The position numbers and the translations under genes were made by a program. Positions 20,107-30,101 of a DNA stretch of 64,000 nt are shown piece by piece. Origin of the DNA: Promethearchaeota archaeon. GTDB lineage: Archaea; Asgardarchaeota; Lokiarchaeia; Sigyniarchaeales; SOKP01. Within the stretch, counting starts at the first letter, position 1; each line of letters begins with the position of its first letter. The DNA lies in contig JAHPZJ010000015.1 of the NCBI GenBank assembly GCA_019058245.1, forward strand, positions 32,001 through 96,000. The letters are read 5' to 3'. The notes under the pieces are model-generated. The model was given only the letters and a program-made list of their open reading frames with translations, made no database searches and was not told the DNA's origin.

Positions 20107-20562
20107 TTATTCCTCAAAAAAAGCCATAGTACTTTTACTTTCTTCTACTTTTACTGATATTTTTTTATTTCTATATATTTCTTTTAATTTTTCATGGATA
20201 TATTTTGCAAGAAGCTCGCTTGTTGTGGCAGGTAAAGGTAAAAAGAAAACATCCTCTCGAGGAAAAACATATCTTTTGTTTGATCCAATAATTTCTATGG
20301 AATCTTTCTCCTCCCGTATTTCTAATTCATCGGATTTTGTCGGTATTAAAACATAATGATCCATAGGTTTAATTATAGAGATTAAATTTTCCTTTAAATC
20401 AATAAAATCTACAACAAAATTATTTTCATTAAGCTTATCACTTATTTCAACAGATACATAATAGTTATGGCCATGCAACCTTGTACATTGAAGTGGTTCT
20501 TTTAAAAAATGACAAGCACTAAATTTAATTTCTGATGATTCGACAAATACTTTGAATCCCAT
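20107..20562 (-). CDS. queD: 6-carboxy-5,6,7,8-tetrahydropterin synthase
   Basis: FSACHF, CTRLHGHNY, DH, TTSELLA, VEES motifs. Confidence 0.85.
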   Translation of the reverse strand: MGFKVFVESSEIKFSACHFLKEPLQCTRLHGHNYYVSVEISDKLNENNFVVDFIDLKENLISIIKPMDHYVLIPTKSDELEIREEKDSIEIIGSNKRYVFPREDVFFLPLPATTSELLAKYIHEKLKEIYRNKKISVKVEESKSTMAFFEE

Positions 20563-20782
20563 AAAAAAATGCCCCCACCGTATTTTTTTTGTTTTTACTA
20601 TTTTTGTATTGTAGAAGCGCTTTGGTATTTTTATATTTTATGCTTAGATACAATAAATATAAAAGAAGATTTCATAAAAATAAGTCATACAAAATAAACT
20701 ATAAAATGTAAAAAAATAAATTATTCTAAGATTCAAATCTAGATGAGTATCATCTTATGAAAAAAATAAAAATGTACTTATA

Positions 20783-22351
20783 ATGAAAAACAAGAAATTA
20801 GCAATTACCGGTGCCAATGGATATTTAGGAAAACATACAATAAAAGCAGCAATTCAAAAAGGATGGGAAGTTGTTGGAATTGTGAGACGAGATGATGCCG
20901 CTAAAGAAGTGGAAAACCTAGGTGCTAAACCAGTGATAATCAAGGATTTTTTAATAGAACCTTTGAAAAATGCGATAACAGGGTGTAAAGCAGTCTTGCA
21001 TTTTAGAGGAGTTGTGTGTGGTTCTAAAGAAACTTTTGAAAGAGTTAATATTCAAGGTATGCGTGTTTTAGTTCAAGCAGCTTTAGAAGCAAAAGTATCT
21101 AGAATAATCTTTCCTTCAGGTTTGGGCGTTGATAAGTATGGAATAGAAGAATGGGCTAATAACGCATATTTCCATTCTAAGAACATGGCTGAACAAGTTC
21201 TTAGAAATGGAAGTGTTCCTTATATAATTTTTAGACCTTCCTATATTTTAGGTCCTGAAGACGAATTAATTCCAGAATTAATTGAACAACTAAGAACAGG
21301 TATAGTTCAAATTGCTGGAAATGGCCAAACACCTATGCAACCGATTTTTGTCAAAGATGCAGTTGAAGCATTTTTAGCAGCTGCAGATGGTATTGGGGAA
21401 AATAATCAAATATTCGATCTTATTGGCTCGAAAATAATAAATATGTTAGAATTAATCGAAATGGTATTAAAGAATATGATTGAATTAGGATTTAATATCC
21501 CTCAACCACGTATCTATAATATAAGATTTGAAAATGCTCCAGAACAATTAGGAATATGCAAAGAAATGATTGATGTAATGAGATGTGATATTACTTCAAA
21601 TGAAAATATTGTTTCTAAAGCTTTAAATTTTAAATTATCAGACCTAGAAAAAGCAATAAAAGCTGCTATAGTCGCAAAAATGTTTCCAAAAGTAAAAGAA
21701 AACAATAAAAGGGGAATTTTATTGTTATCGGGAGGTATTGATTCTGTTGTTGCACTTTATTGGGCACTTCATAATGGTTATGAAATAATAGCACTTTCAT
21801 TCAATTATAATCTCCGACCAGAACAAGAAAAAAAAGCAGTTAAAAAGATAACTGATAACCTGAATATTAAATTAATCGAAGTTCCATTACAGTATATTAA
21901 GGAAGCAATAGATTTACGAATAGAAGGATTTCCCATTCCCTCAGTGATTCAAGCTCCTGAAGGATATATACCATCCCGAAATCTTGTCTATTATTCTATT
22001 GCATCATACTTTGCTGAAATCTATGGTTGTAATTTTATAATCGGTGGACATATCTCAATAGATCCGATTAAATTTCCTGATGCTGATCCAATCTTTTTTA
22101 AATCATTAGAGCAATTAGTCAATAAAGGAAAACATAACAAAGATAAAAGTATCATAAAAATTGTATTACCTCTTTCAAAAATGAATAAAATTGAAGTCAT
22201 TAGCTTAGGGAATGATTTGAATGTTCCTTTCAATTGGACTTGGAGCTGCTATAGTGATGGGGATCAACCATGCGGTAAATGTTCTTCTTGTCGAAATCGA
22301 GACGAGGCTTTTAATAATTTAAATTATTCTCAACCAAAATTTTCTTTATAA
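20783..22351 (+). CDS. queC: Fusion of atypical SDR/NAD-dependent epimerase domain and 7-cyano-7-deazaguanine synthase
   Basis: N-terminal TGANGYLG and YxxSK; C-terminal LSGGIDS, PSRN, TWSCY...CGKCSSC. Confidence 0.85.
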   Translation: MKNKKLAITGANGYLGKHTIKAAIQKGWEVVGIVRRDDAAKEVENLGAKPVIIKDFLIEPLKNAITGCKAVLHFRGVVCGSKETFERVNIQGMRVLVQAALEAKVSRIIFPSGLGVDKYGIEEWANNAYFHSKNMAEQVLRNGSVPYIIFRPSYILGPEDELIPELIEQLRTGIVQIAGNGQTPMQPIFVKDAVEAFLAAADGIGENNQIFDLIGSKIINMLELIEMVLKNMIELGFNIPQPRIYNIRFENAPEQLGICKEMIDVMRCDITSNENIVSKALNFKLSDLEKAIKAAIVAKMFPKVKENNKRGILLLSGGIDSVVALYWALHNGYEIIALSFNYNLRPEQEKKAVKKITDNLNIKLIEVPLQYIKEAIDLRIEGFPIPSVIQAPEGYIPSRNLVYYSIASYFAEIYGCNFIIGGHISIDPIKFPDADPIFFKSLEQLVNKGKHNKDKSIIKIVLPLSKMNKIEVISLGNDLNVPFNWTWSCYSDGDQPCGKCSSCRNRDEAFNNLNYSQPKFSL

Positions 22352-22462
22352 GAATTTTAATGCAAATTATAAATTCTTTTTTCCAATTGATGAAAGATAT
22401 TAAAATCAAGATTAATATCTTATAAATAGAAAATCTAAATAATTCAAAAATATTAATTCTAT

Positions 22463-23119
22463 ATGACTGAAACTGAAGATTTGCCTGATGTAGAGGATTA
22501 TCAAGACATTATTGTAATATGTCCAAAATGTAAAACTAAAAAAGAATTAAAAATCCCTACCAAGATTATTAATCAAGCAAAGCAATTAACAACAGTTTCT
22601 ATCCCTTCAGGAACAGTTTGTGAGCATAGTTTTCAATCTTTCGTAGATAAGAACTTTAAAGTAAGAGGATATCAGACGGTAGATTTTGAATTCTCTCATA
22701 TGGAATTTTATGAAAGTAGAGATATTCAATCATCGGAATCAGATGATGTAATTGCTCAATTAAGTTCTCAGCAATTATTTCAAGATATTATTAAATTATT
22801 GAGAAGTTTTGTGGATGATAAAGAAATTCTCGGAAGTGGTATATTTACGGTGGATGGTCATATTCTCTTTTCATCACTTCCAAGTAATACACTCTTTTCA
22901 ATAATGAAAGAATTCGAAGTGAGGAGCAAGAAGAAATTAAGCAGCTTAAAGAAAATGTACCTTGAGCTTGAGAACGATCAGAAAATTTGTTCTAATTATA
23001 TTGAAATACAAGATATTCAATTAGCAATTGTCTTATTTTTTTCTCAATCTGTAAAACTTGGTATGGGAAATTTGTATCTTAATGACCTAGTAAAGAAAAT
23101 TAGAAAATTGGAAAATTAA
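22463..23119 (+). CDS. Zn-binding N-terminal domain plus roadblock/profilin-like domain protein
   Basis: CPKC...CEH; C-terminal ILGSGIFTVDGHILFSSL...VKLGMGNL resembles roadblock/GAF-like folds. Confidence 0.5.
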   Translation: MTETEDLPDVEDYQDIIVICPKCKTKKELKIPTKIINQAKQLTTVSIPSGTVCEHSFQSFVDKNFKVRGYQTVDFEFSHMEFYESRDIQSSESDDVIAQLSSQQLFQDIIKLLRSFVDDKEILGSGIFTVDGHILFSSLPSNTLFSIMKEFEVRSKKKLSSLKKMYLELENDQKICSNYIEIQDIQLAIVLFFSQSVKLGMGNLYLNDLVKKIRKLEN

Positions 23120-23249
23120 ATGGTTAATCTAATTTCTTAAGGTTATTACTTCTTATATTAAATATATTAAAGTTTGCATAAATAGGTATAAATATAGCTA
23201 TAATTATGTGCTTTATAAGAGCAAAAAGTTAAAGACTATTTACTTAAAA

Positions 23250-24089
23250 ATGGATCTTCAGAAAATCAAAGATAAAATGATTCAGGACTTACACGAGCAG
23301 ATCCCTGAAATAAACGATGAAAATATAAAAAGTTTTTCTGAATTACCAAGTAAAAAAAATTCTGTAATTAGTCTAGCTTTTAATAAAAAACCTTCAACAT
23401 TGCCACAAGAAGTAGTGGTTAAAATATTTAATAATAAGAATTTTGCTAATGAAATAAATATATTAACTAGATTAAAAAATCAAAAATTTCAAGTGCCAAG
23501 TATTTTATTTTTTCAAAAACCCTATTTAATCCTTGAAAAAGTTAAGGGCACTAATTTATGTGATTTTATTAATGATAAATTAAAGGGTGCTCAACAATTG
23601 GAAGATTTGGATCTTGCTGTAAGAAACCAGATTATTAACAGTATAGAAAAACTAGCTGAATTTCTTGCTCAATTCCACGAAAAGAATTTTGTAAGAAAAG
23701 TAATAAAATCAAAAATGAAATTCGTTCTATGTAAAGGAGATACAAGATTGAGAGATTTTATTTATGATTTTACTAATGATGTTATTTATGCTCTTGATTT
23801 TGAAGATGCTTATGAAGGAAATCATATGGACGATTTAGCATGGATTTGTACTGCTCTTCTCGATACTAACCCTGGAATTTTTGAAATGGAAGAACCTAAA
23901 CATAAAGTTGACCTAATCAATAAATTCTTGAGAAAATATTACCGTATAAATCATAACTTTCCTTTTGATTTTAACTACCTAGCAGAAAAAATTATAGAGT
24001 ATTTGAATATTGTCATTGAAAGACGAGATTTACATTATGGCATAATAAGTAAAGAGAAATTAATAAACAATATTTCAAAAGAGATTTAG
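23250..24089 (+). CDS. Protein kinase-like/APH-family phosphotransferase
   Basis: VVKIF, E..IL, LAQFH, KGDTRLRDF (catalytic loop), LDFED, DDL. Confidence 0.7.
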   Translation: MDLQKIKDKMIQDLHEQIPEINDENIKSFSELPSKKNSVISLAFNKKPSTLPQEVVVKIFNNKNFANEINILTRLKNQKFQVPSILFFQKPYLILEKVKGTNLCDFINDKLKGAQQLEDLDLAVRNQIINSIEKLAEFLAQFHEKNFVRKVIKSKMKFVLCKGDTRLRDFIYDFTNDVIYALDFEDAYEGNHMDDLAWICTALLDTNPGIFEMEEPKHKVDLINKFLRKYYRINHNFPFDFNYLAEKIIEYLNIVIERRDLHYGIISKEKLINNISKEI

Positions 24090-24185
24090 TTTTTTTTTCA
24101 TACTTTCTAAAAATCAAAATTTAATAATGCACACACTATTATTTTATAAAAATTTAATAAAACTTTTTTTAAAGGTGTAATAAAT

Positions 24186-24935
24186 TTGAGCACTTTAACA
24201 GATGCTAAATCTAGTCTGAAAAAAATTATGTCAATTATTGAAGAATTAAATGGATTAAATTCCGATTCAATTCCTAAACTTCAAACTCAACCAACTAATC
24301 TGCTCGAACAGATAGGAAACCTTGAAGAAGCTAAAGCTAGTGACCAAAATTCTATTGAAGCTAATGATGATGAAACTAATTCATTAAAAAATAAAATTTC
24401 TCAAAATCAACGAGATATTGCTTCTTTGGAAGAAAATAATACTGAATTGACAACTCAACGTCAAGCACTCCTTGATAAAATTCAAGATACTCAAAATGAA
24501 CTAAATGAAACTCAAACAAAAATTACAGCACGAAGAGAAGAATTAGCAGCTCGTAGCAGCCGATTGGCTGAGTTAGAAAATAGACTTTTAGAATTAAAAG
24601 ATCTTCAAGATAAATTTGATAATAAAATGAAAGAACAAGAAACTCAATTGCAAGAAGAATATAATAAAAAAGAAAACTTCAGTAATTCATATGCTATGCG
24701 AGCAGCTGCAATGAAATCTTTAATTAAGGCAGGATATATTCAATCACCACAACTAAAGGTGATTAACTCATTAGTGCCTCAAACAACTTTAGAAATAAAG
24801 GGTTTAGTTTCAGCTAGTGGTTTAAGAGAAGATGTATTTAGAAATATAATTGTTAAAATGATTCAAAAGAATGGACCACTCGAATTTGATGAGGGAACTG
24901 GGACAGTTACATTAAAGGAGGAGGTAGATTTCTAA
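24186..24935 (+). CDS. Coiled-coil protein with C-terminal winged-helix-like domain (subunit 1)
   Basis: About 150 aa heptad region, C-terminal ...GPLEFDEGTGTVTL wing; SD AAGGTG before TTG. Confidence 0.7.
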   Translation: MSTLTDAKSSLKKIMSIIEELNGLNSDSIPKLQTQPTNLLEQIGNLEEAKASDQNSIEANDDETNSLKNKISQNQRDIASLEENNTELTTQRQALLDKIQDTQNELNETQTKITARREELAARSSRLAELENRLLELKDLQDKFDNKMKEQETQLQEEYNKKENFSNSYAMRAAAMKSLIKAGYIQSPQLKVINSLVPQTTLEIKGLVSASGLREDVFRNIIVKMIQKNGPLEFDEGTGTVTLKEEVDF

Positions 24936-25663
24936 TGGGCTCACAAGAAATTCTAGCGTTAATAGAACAATTTGAAACTGCTTATGATACCTATTGGCAA
25001 GTTCTGCAAAAACGTAATGAAGAAGTTCTCTCTCAATTAAAGGAAGCATGGCGATATATGCAAGCAGAACAAAAAGAAGAAGAGATAACAAAAGAAAAAT
25101 TATCTGCACAAAATTCGGAACTAACAGAATTAAGAACAAAATCAGAAGAATTGGATAAATCAATTGAAGGATTAAAGGCAAAAAAAGATGAATTAAATTC
25201 AAAAATATCTGAATTAACTAATACCTTGGAAACCAGCGTTAACGATTTAAAAAAACCCTCTTTTGAACTTACACAACTTGAGGAAAAACTTGCAGCCGTA
25301 AATGAAAAAATTACCGTGAAAGAAGAAGAAAAAACTGTAATGGATCAAAAGACAGTTGAAAATGAAAACCGAGAAGTAGAATTAAAAAACACCTATCAGA
25401 AAAAGATGGACGAATTAGAAGCAAAAATTGATCAATTGAGGCAAGAAAACTTTTTTACTTCCTTTTTAATCGAAAATTCGGACGAGGAAATTCATGAAGT
25501 TGATATTCTCGCTACAATTATGGAAAAGGGGGAAGCTAAATTAGATGATTTAAAGAAACTTCTTGATGTTCCACCAATAATGGCTGTTCGCACTATAAAA
25601 CAGTTAGCTGTTAAGGGAATTCTCAATCTCGACGAAAATAGTGGGAAAGTAACATTACCTTAA
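24935..25663 (+). CDS. Coiled-coil protein with C-terminal winged-helix domain (subunit 2)
   Basis: Heptad region, then ILATIMEKGEAKLDDLKKLL...IKQLAVKGILNLDENSGKVTL; TAATG overlap, SD GGAGGT. Confidence 0.72.
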   Translation: MGSQEILALIEQFETAYDTYWQVLQKRNEEVLSQLKEAWRYMQAEQKEEEITKEKLSAQNSELTELRTKSEELDKSIEGLKAKKDELNSKISELTNTLETSVNDLKKPSFELTQLEEKLAAVNEKITVKEEEKTVMDQKTVENENREVELKNTYQKKMDELEAKIDQLRQENFFTSFLIENSDEEIHEVDILATIMEKGEAKLDDLKKLLDVPPIMAVRTIKQLAVKGILNLDENSGKVTLP

Positions 25664-25667
25664 ACAG

Positions 25668-25700
25668 TTTTTTTTTATTTGTTTATTTTTATTTTTTTAA
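25668..25700 (+). terminator. Oligo-T archaeal terminator after the coiled-coil pair
   Basis: T-rich tract immediately after the stop codon. Confidence 0.45.
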
Positions 25701-25877
25701 TTTCCTAGTATTTACCAGAATTTTAGAAAAAAATATCTATTAAATATTCTAATTTTTACTTTTGATTATAGTTTCAGAAGGCTTAAAGGAAAATATCAAT
25801 TATTTATTTTAAATTTCAAACTTTTATATAAAATTTTTATGAATCACCACTTAGAAAAACACTACCTGTAATAGCTT

Positions 25878-26972
25878 ATGAAGAGATTAAAAAGTATTGA
25901 TATTTTTCGGGGTTTAGGAATGGTTTATATTATGGTTGGACATATGATAGATTGGTGGGCCATAGAAGATTGGTTATTTTATATATTCGTATCCCTGTTT
26001 TCAGCTTTAGGGGCGGCAGGTTTCGTTTTTATTTCGGGAGTAAGTACAATGATTTCTTATAAAAAAAGAATTGATAGAGTTAAAACAGATGTAAATTATG
26101 GTTATAAAACGGTCAAAAAAGAGTATATTATTAGAGGTTTTTTAATTATGGGCCTTGGATTAATTTATAACTGTGTTGTCGCTATTGAATTTCTTGATCC
26201 TTTGTTAATATGGAAATGGTTTATTATTTTAACAATGGCGGTATCCATTCTCTTAGCCTGGCCATTACTCAGAACTTCAAAAACTATTAGAATTATTTTT
26301 GCTGCTATAATCTGGATTGTTAATCAAGTAGTATTGGCATTTTTAGTGAAATTCGAAGGAGAATTTGATTTTTTTGGGATTATTTTTTATATATTATATA
26401 ATTCTCTTGACCAAAATCCTATCTTAGCCTTCTTTACTTTTTTTATCATAGGTACAGTTATAGGAGATATAATTTATGATTATTCAAATATAGAGATCGA
26501 AGCTGAAAGAAAAAAATTTTTTAAAATGAAAATTATTACCCCTCTTTTAGTATGTGGTGTAATTCTGATTGCAATAAGCTTTTGTTTTTTACTTCCTAAT
26601 TTATTTACTGAAAAAATCCTCACAATTAATACTAATATCTGGTGGTTAATTTATACTTTGGGATTAGATCTAATTATATTTTTAATATTTTTAATCCTTG
26701 AAGACAAAAATATTTTTGACACTAATAAAGACTACAAATTCTTATTTTATTTCTCTTATTACTCTCTGACTTTGTTTCTATTGCAAAATGTGAATTATTT
26801 TTTATTTTTAGGTTTATTAAATAGATTCAATATCTGGTTTTTCATCATAATAACAATAATAATTTATGGTTTTTTTTTAAGATTAATGTACAAAAGATTC
26901 GAAGGTAAATTTTCATTGAAAGTACAAATTGGGAAATTAACCTTATCAATAATGAGAAGATTTAATAATTAA
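25878..26972 (+). CDS. DUF1624/heparan-alpha-glucosaminide N-acetyltransferase-like membrane protein
   Basis: RLKSIDIFRG...H, FVFISGVS, many TM helices. Confidence 0.8.
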   Translation: MKRLKSIDIFRGLGMVYIMVGHMIDWWAIEDWLFYIFVSLFSALGAAGFVFISGVSTMISYKKRIDRVKTDVNYGYKTVKKEYIIRGFLIMGLGLIYNCVVAIEFLDPLLIWKWFIILTMAVSILLAWPLLRTSKTIRIIFAAIIWIVNQVVLAFLVKFEGEFDFFGIIFYILYNSLDQNPILAFFTFFIIGTVIGDIIYDYSNIEIEAERKKFFKMKIITPLLVCGVILIAISFCFLLPNLFTEKILTINTNIWWLIYTLGLDLIIFLIFLILEDKNIFDTNKDYKFLFYFSYYSLTLFLLQNVNYFLFLGLLNRFNIWFFIIITIIIYGFFLRLMYKRFEGKFSLKVQIGKLTLSIMRRFNN

Positions 26973-27404
26973 AAATCATCACAATAAATCTGATTGATAA
27001 AGAATATTACTTATTTAACTAATCAGGTTTTTAATTAAACTAATTCTTTATACTTTTTTCTAAATATTAGCTTCATAGTAGCAACATTTATTTGTCAAGA
27101 AGAACCAAAAAATAATTCAAGGGCCATATTAGAAAAGACATATATATTGATATTTAATTTGTGTTCAGTTAAATAATATATAGTTTAAATAAATTCCGCT
27201 TCAAATTCTACACTTTTAAAGAATTTACATCTTAAATATTCATTATATTCTTTTTAATTGTAATTGTTTAATAATCAAGCTGATGATCTGGTATTTTCTA
27301 TAAGTTTAAAATAATATCTGAATTTAAAGAAATACCATAAAAATTGAAAATATAAATTATTTTCTGAGAAAAAGCTATAAAAAAAGGATTAGAGGTGGAA
27401 TAAA

Positions 27405-28331
27405 ATCTCTGATAAGAAAATGACTATGAAAGATGCGATAAGAAAATTTGTTAATGATGGAGAGATGGTTTTTTTGGGTGGTTTTGCGCATGGTATTCCG
27501 TTTTCTGCGGCTCATGAAATGATTAGATTAAAAAAGCGAAAACTCAAACTTTGTAAAGCCAGTGGAGGGATCCTATTTGATCAACTAATTGGCGCAGGAG
27601 TTACAAATCATATAATTACATCACATTGTTGGAATGGATTCGGTCCACAGCCTACTTGGAATTATAAGCGAGCTATAGAAAAGGGAATACCACATAAAAT
27701 AATCTATAATGAACAGTCATTATTTATGATTAATATGTCTTTTTTTGCGGGTTATATGGGTATTCCATTTGTTCCTATTAGATCATTAGTAGGTACAAGC
27801 ATCATTGAACATCCAAAAGAAGTTGGACTAAAAGCTACTATGGTAAAATGCCCATTTACGGGAGAGAATACTTGTGTTGTTCCTGCTATCAATCCTGATG
27901 TTGGAATAATACATGTACAAAGAGCCGATAGTGAAGGAAATGCTCAAATGTGGGGTTTTATTGGTGAAAATAAATATGGGATTAACGCTTGTAAAAAAAT
28001 TATTGTATCTGCAGAAGAAATAGTAGATAGAAAGGTTATTATGGAATCTCCTGAACGTACAATAGTAAACTCATATAAAGTTGATGCTGTTATTCATGAA
28101 CCATGGGGTGGACATCCTTATAGCATGCAGGGATTTTATTATACCGATTTGAAATATAATTTTAATTATACGAAAGAAACAAAAACAATTGAAGACTGGG
28201 AGGATTGGCTTGAAAAATGGGTTACTGGAGTAAATGATAGACAAGAATATTTAAAAGTTTTAGGTGAGAAAAGGATTAAGAAATTGAAAGCGAAGAATAT
28301 GATACAAGGAGCTGTTGATTATGGGTTCTGA
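27405..28331 (+). CDS. Family I CoA-transferase subunit A (glutaconate CoA-transferase-like); ATC 27405 or ATG 27420 start
   Basis: DQLIGAG, PDVGIIHVQRADSEGN, EEIV, PWGGHP; SD GAGGTG is spaced for ATC. Confidence 0.88.
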   Translation: MSDKKMTMKDAIRKFVNDGEMVFLGGFAHGIPFSAAHEMIRLKKRKLKLCKASGGILFDQLIGAGVTNHIITSHCWNGFGPQPTWNYKRAIEKGIPHKIIYNEQSLFMINMSFFAGYMGIPFVPIRSLVGTSIIEHPKEVGLKATMVKCPFTGENTCVVPAINPDVGIIHVQRADSEGNAQMWGFIGENKYGINACKKIIVSAEEIVDRKVIMESPERTIVNSYKVDAVIHEPWGGHPYSMQGFYYTDLKYNFNYTKETKTIEDWEDWLEKWVTGVNDRQEYLKVLGEKRIKKLKAKNMIQGAVDYGF

Positions 28332-29160
28332 AGAAGAGAAAAAGTATTGTACTGAATACACTGGCTACGAAATGATGCTAATATCAGCGAGTAGGCAAAT
28401 TAAAGCAAATGACATAATATTTAATGCTTTTCATTGGCCATACCTAGCCGTTCACATAGCAAGATTATTACACTTTCCCAATCTCTATACTGTTATTGAA
28501 ATAGGAAACATACAAGACCAACTTATTAAACCAACTAGGATGCCCTATTCTATAAGTGATCCAGTTATTGTTCCAAACTCCCTATTTATAGGAGATTCAG
28601 TGGATGTTTTATCAGTTCTACAGCGAGGAGAAATAACATTAGCCTTTCTAAGTACTTCAATGATAGATAAGTATGGTAATTGCAATACTACTGTAATAGG
28701 ATCATATGATAAACCTATTTATCGATTACCAGGTGGTGGTGGCGCTACAGAGATTGCTGCATTATCAAAAAAGGTGATCTGGCTTTTAGATGAACATACT
28801 AAACGCAAGTTTCAAGATAGATTACAATATATTACCGATCCAGGATATCTAGATGGATATGATAGTAGAATAAAGGCGGGATATCCTCCTGATAGTGGTC
28901 CTGAAGCTATTATTTCTCCTCTATGTATTATGCGGTTTGATTCCAAAACTAAAGAAGCATATCTGGACGCTTTGCACCCAAATATATCCATTGAAGAAGT
29001 AAAAGAAAATACCGGTTGGGATCTAAAGGTTGCGAAAGAATTAAAACAAATTGAACCCCCAACAATTAGAGAAATCGAAGTATGCAGAAAAACTATGAAA
29101 GACGCTATTGAACAGTGTTATATATTAAAACCAGAGTGGATTACCTATTTAGAGAAGTAA
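28321..29160 (+). CDS. Family I CoA-transferase subunit B
   Basis: Catalytic E in VIEIG, IDKYGNCNTT, RLPGGGG, ENTGWDL. Confidence 0.88.
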   Translation: MGSEEEKKYCTEYTGYEMMLISASRQIKANDIIFNAFHWPYLAVHIARLLHFPNLYTVIEIGNIQDQLIKPTRMPYSISDPVIVPNSLFIGDSVDVLSVLQRGEITLAFLSTSMIDKYGNCNTTVIGSYDKPIYRLPGGGGATEIAALSKKVIWLLDEHTKRKFQDRLQYITDPGYLDGYDSRIKAGYPPDSGPEAIISPLCIMRFDSKTKEAYLDALHPNISIEEVKENTGWDLKVAKELKQIEPPTIREIEVCRKTMKDAIEQCYILKPEWITYLEK

Positions 29161-29279
29161 TTTTACATCCTCTATATAACTTTATAATCTGTTTTGTTAA
29201 AACATCTTTATAATTTTCTTTTAATTTTAATTCTTTAAGGGTTTTAGAGAATAAAATTAATATTGCATTTATTCATTGA

Positions 29280-29370
29280 TGACTAATAGTCAATTAGTGA
29301 CCAAAAGTTTAAATATGATTATACTCATTATATAAATAATGACCCTTGGTCAAAATATGAATTATAGTCA
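29280..29370. promoter_or_regulatory. Four TGAC-N5-GTCA-type palindromes (putative TetR operators)
   Basis: tgactaatagtca 29280, tgaccaaaagttt 29298 (degenerate), tgacccttggtca 29340, tgaattatagtca 29358. Confidence 0.65.
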
Positions 29371-29393
29371 GTATCATAAATAGTGAATTTATT

Positions 29394-30080
29394 ATGAATT
29401 CATCAAATCAAGAAAAATTAAGTCCAGCAAGAATCAGAAGAGAAAGAGAAAAAAAACAACGACGCTCAACCATTATTCAGGCAGCAGAAAAACTATTTAT
29501 CTCTCGAGGATTTGAAACAACTACTATGGAACAAATTGCTAATGAATCAGAATATAGCAAGGGAACATTATATAATTATTATAAGTCTAAAGATGAATTA
29601 TTTCTAGCTATTGGGATAAAAGCTTATTCTCTAATAATCAATTATTCCACTGAATTTATAGAAAAAGAAAAGCCCGGATTAAAACAACTAATGGCAGTAG
29701 GATATGCTTATTATGAATTTACAAAAGATAATCCAAATTATGCTTCGATCTTTCATGATATAGGATTGAAATTTCCTGATATTGCATCTAAATCTAAAAA
29801 TGAGCTCTCAAAGATTGAAAAAGAGTATCTTGATTTAAGTAATAAATATAGAGATATTTTTGTTAAAGTAATGAATGATGCTGTAAAAAACAAATCAATT
29901 CGTGCTGATAAAACTCCTTTTATGATAGGTTATGTACTCTCAACTCTCACAAGAGGTTTAGTTGAAGATTTAATGCATTCAAAGGAAATTGCTAAGAAAA
30001 GATTTAATTTAAAACCGGATGAAGTTATAGATTTTGCATTCGATATTATTGGTGAAGGTTTAAAACCAAAGGAAAAATAA
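29394..30080 (+). CDS. TetR/AcrR family transcriptional regulator
   Basis: AAEKLFISRGFETTTMEQIA...SKGTLYNYYKSKDEL. Confidence 0.93.
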   Translation: MNSSNQEKLSPARIRREREKKQRRSTIIQAAEKLFISRGFETTTMEQIANESEYSKGTLYNYYKSKDELFLAIGIKAYSLIINYSTEFIEKEKPGLKQLMAVGYAYYEFTKDNPNYASIFHDIGLKFPDIASKSKNELSKIEKEYLDLSNKYRDIFVKVMNDAVKNKSIRADKTPFMIGYVLSTLTRGLVEDLMHSKEIAKKRFNLKPDEVIDFAFDIIGEGLKPKEK

Positions 30081-30101
30081 AAATAAGGAGGAATAAAAAA
30101 A

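Noticed and set aside
20783-22351. QueC as part of an anti-phage system (QatC/Cap9/Dpd)
   Set aside because: Canonical QueC length and motifs, neighbour is queD, and no TatD, ATPase, CBASS or dpd genes are nearby
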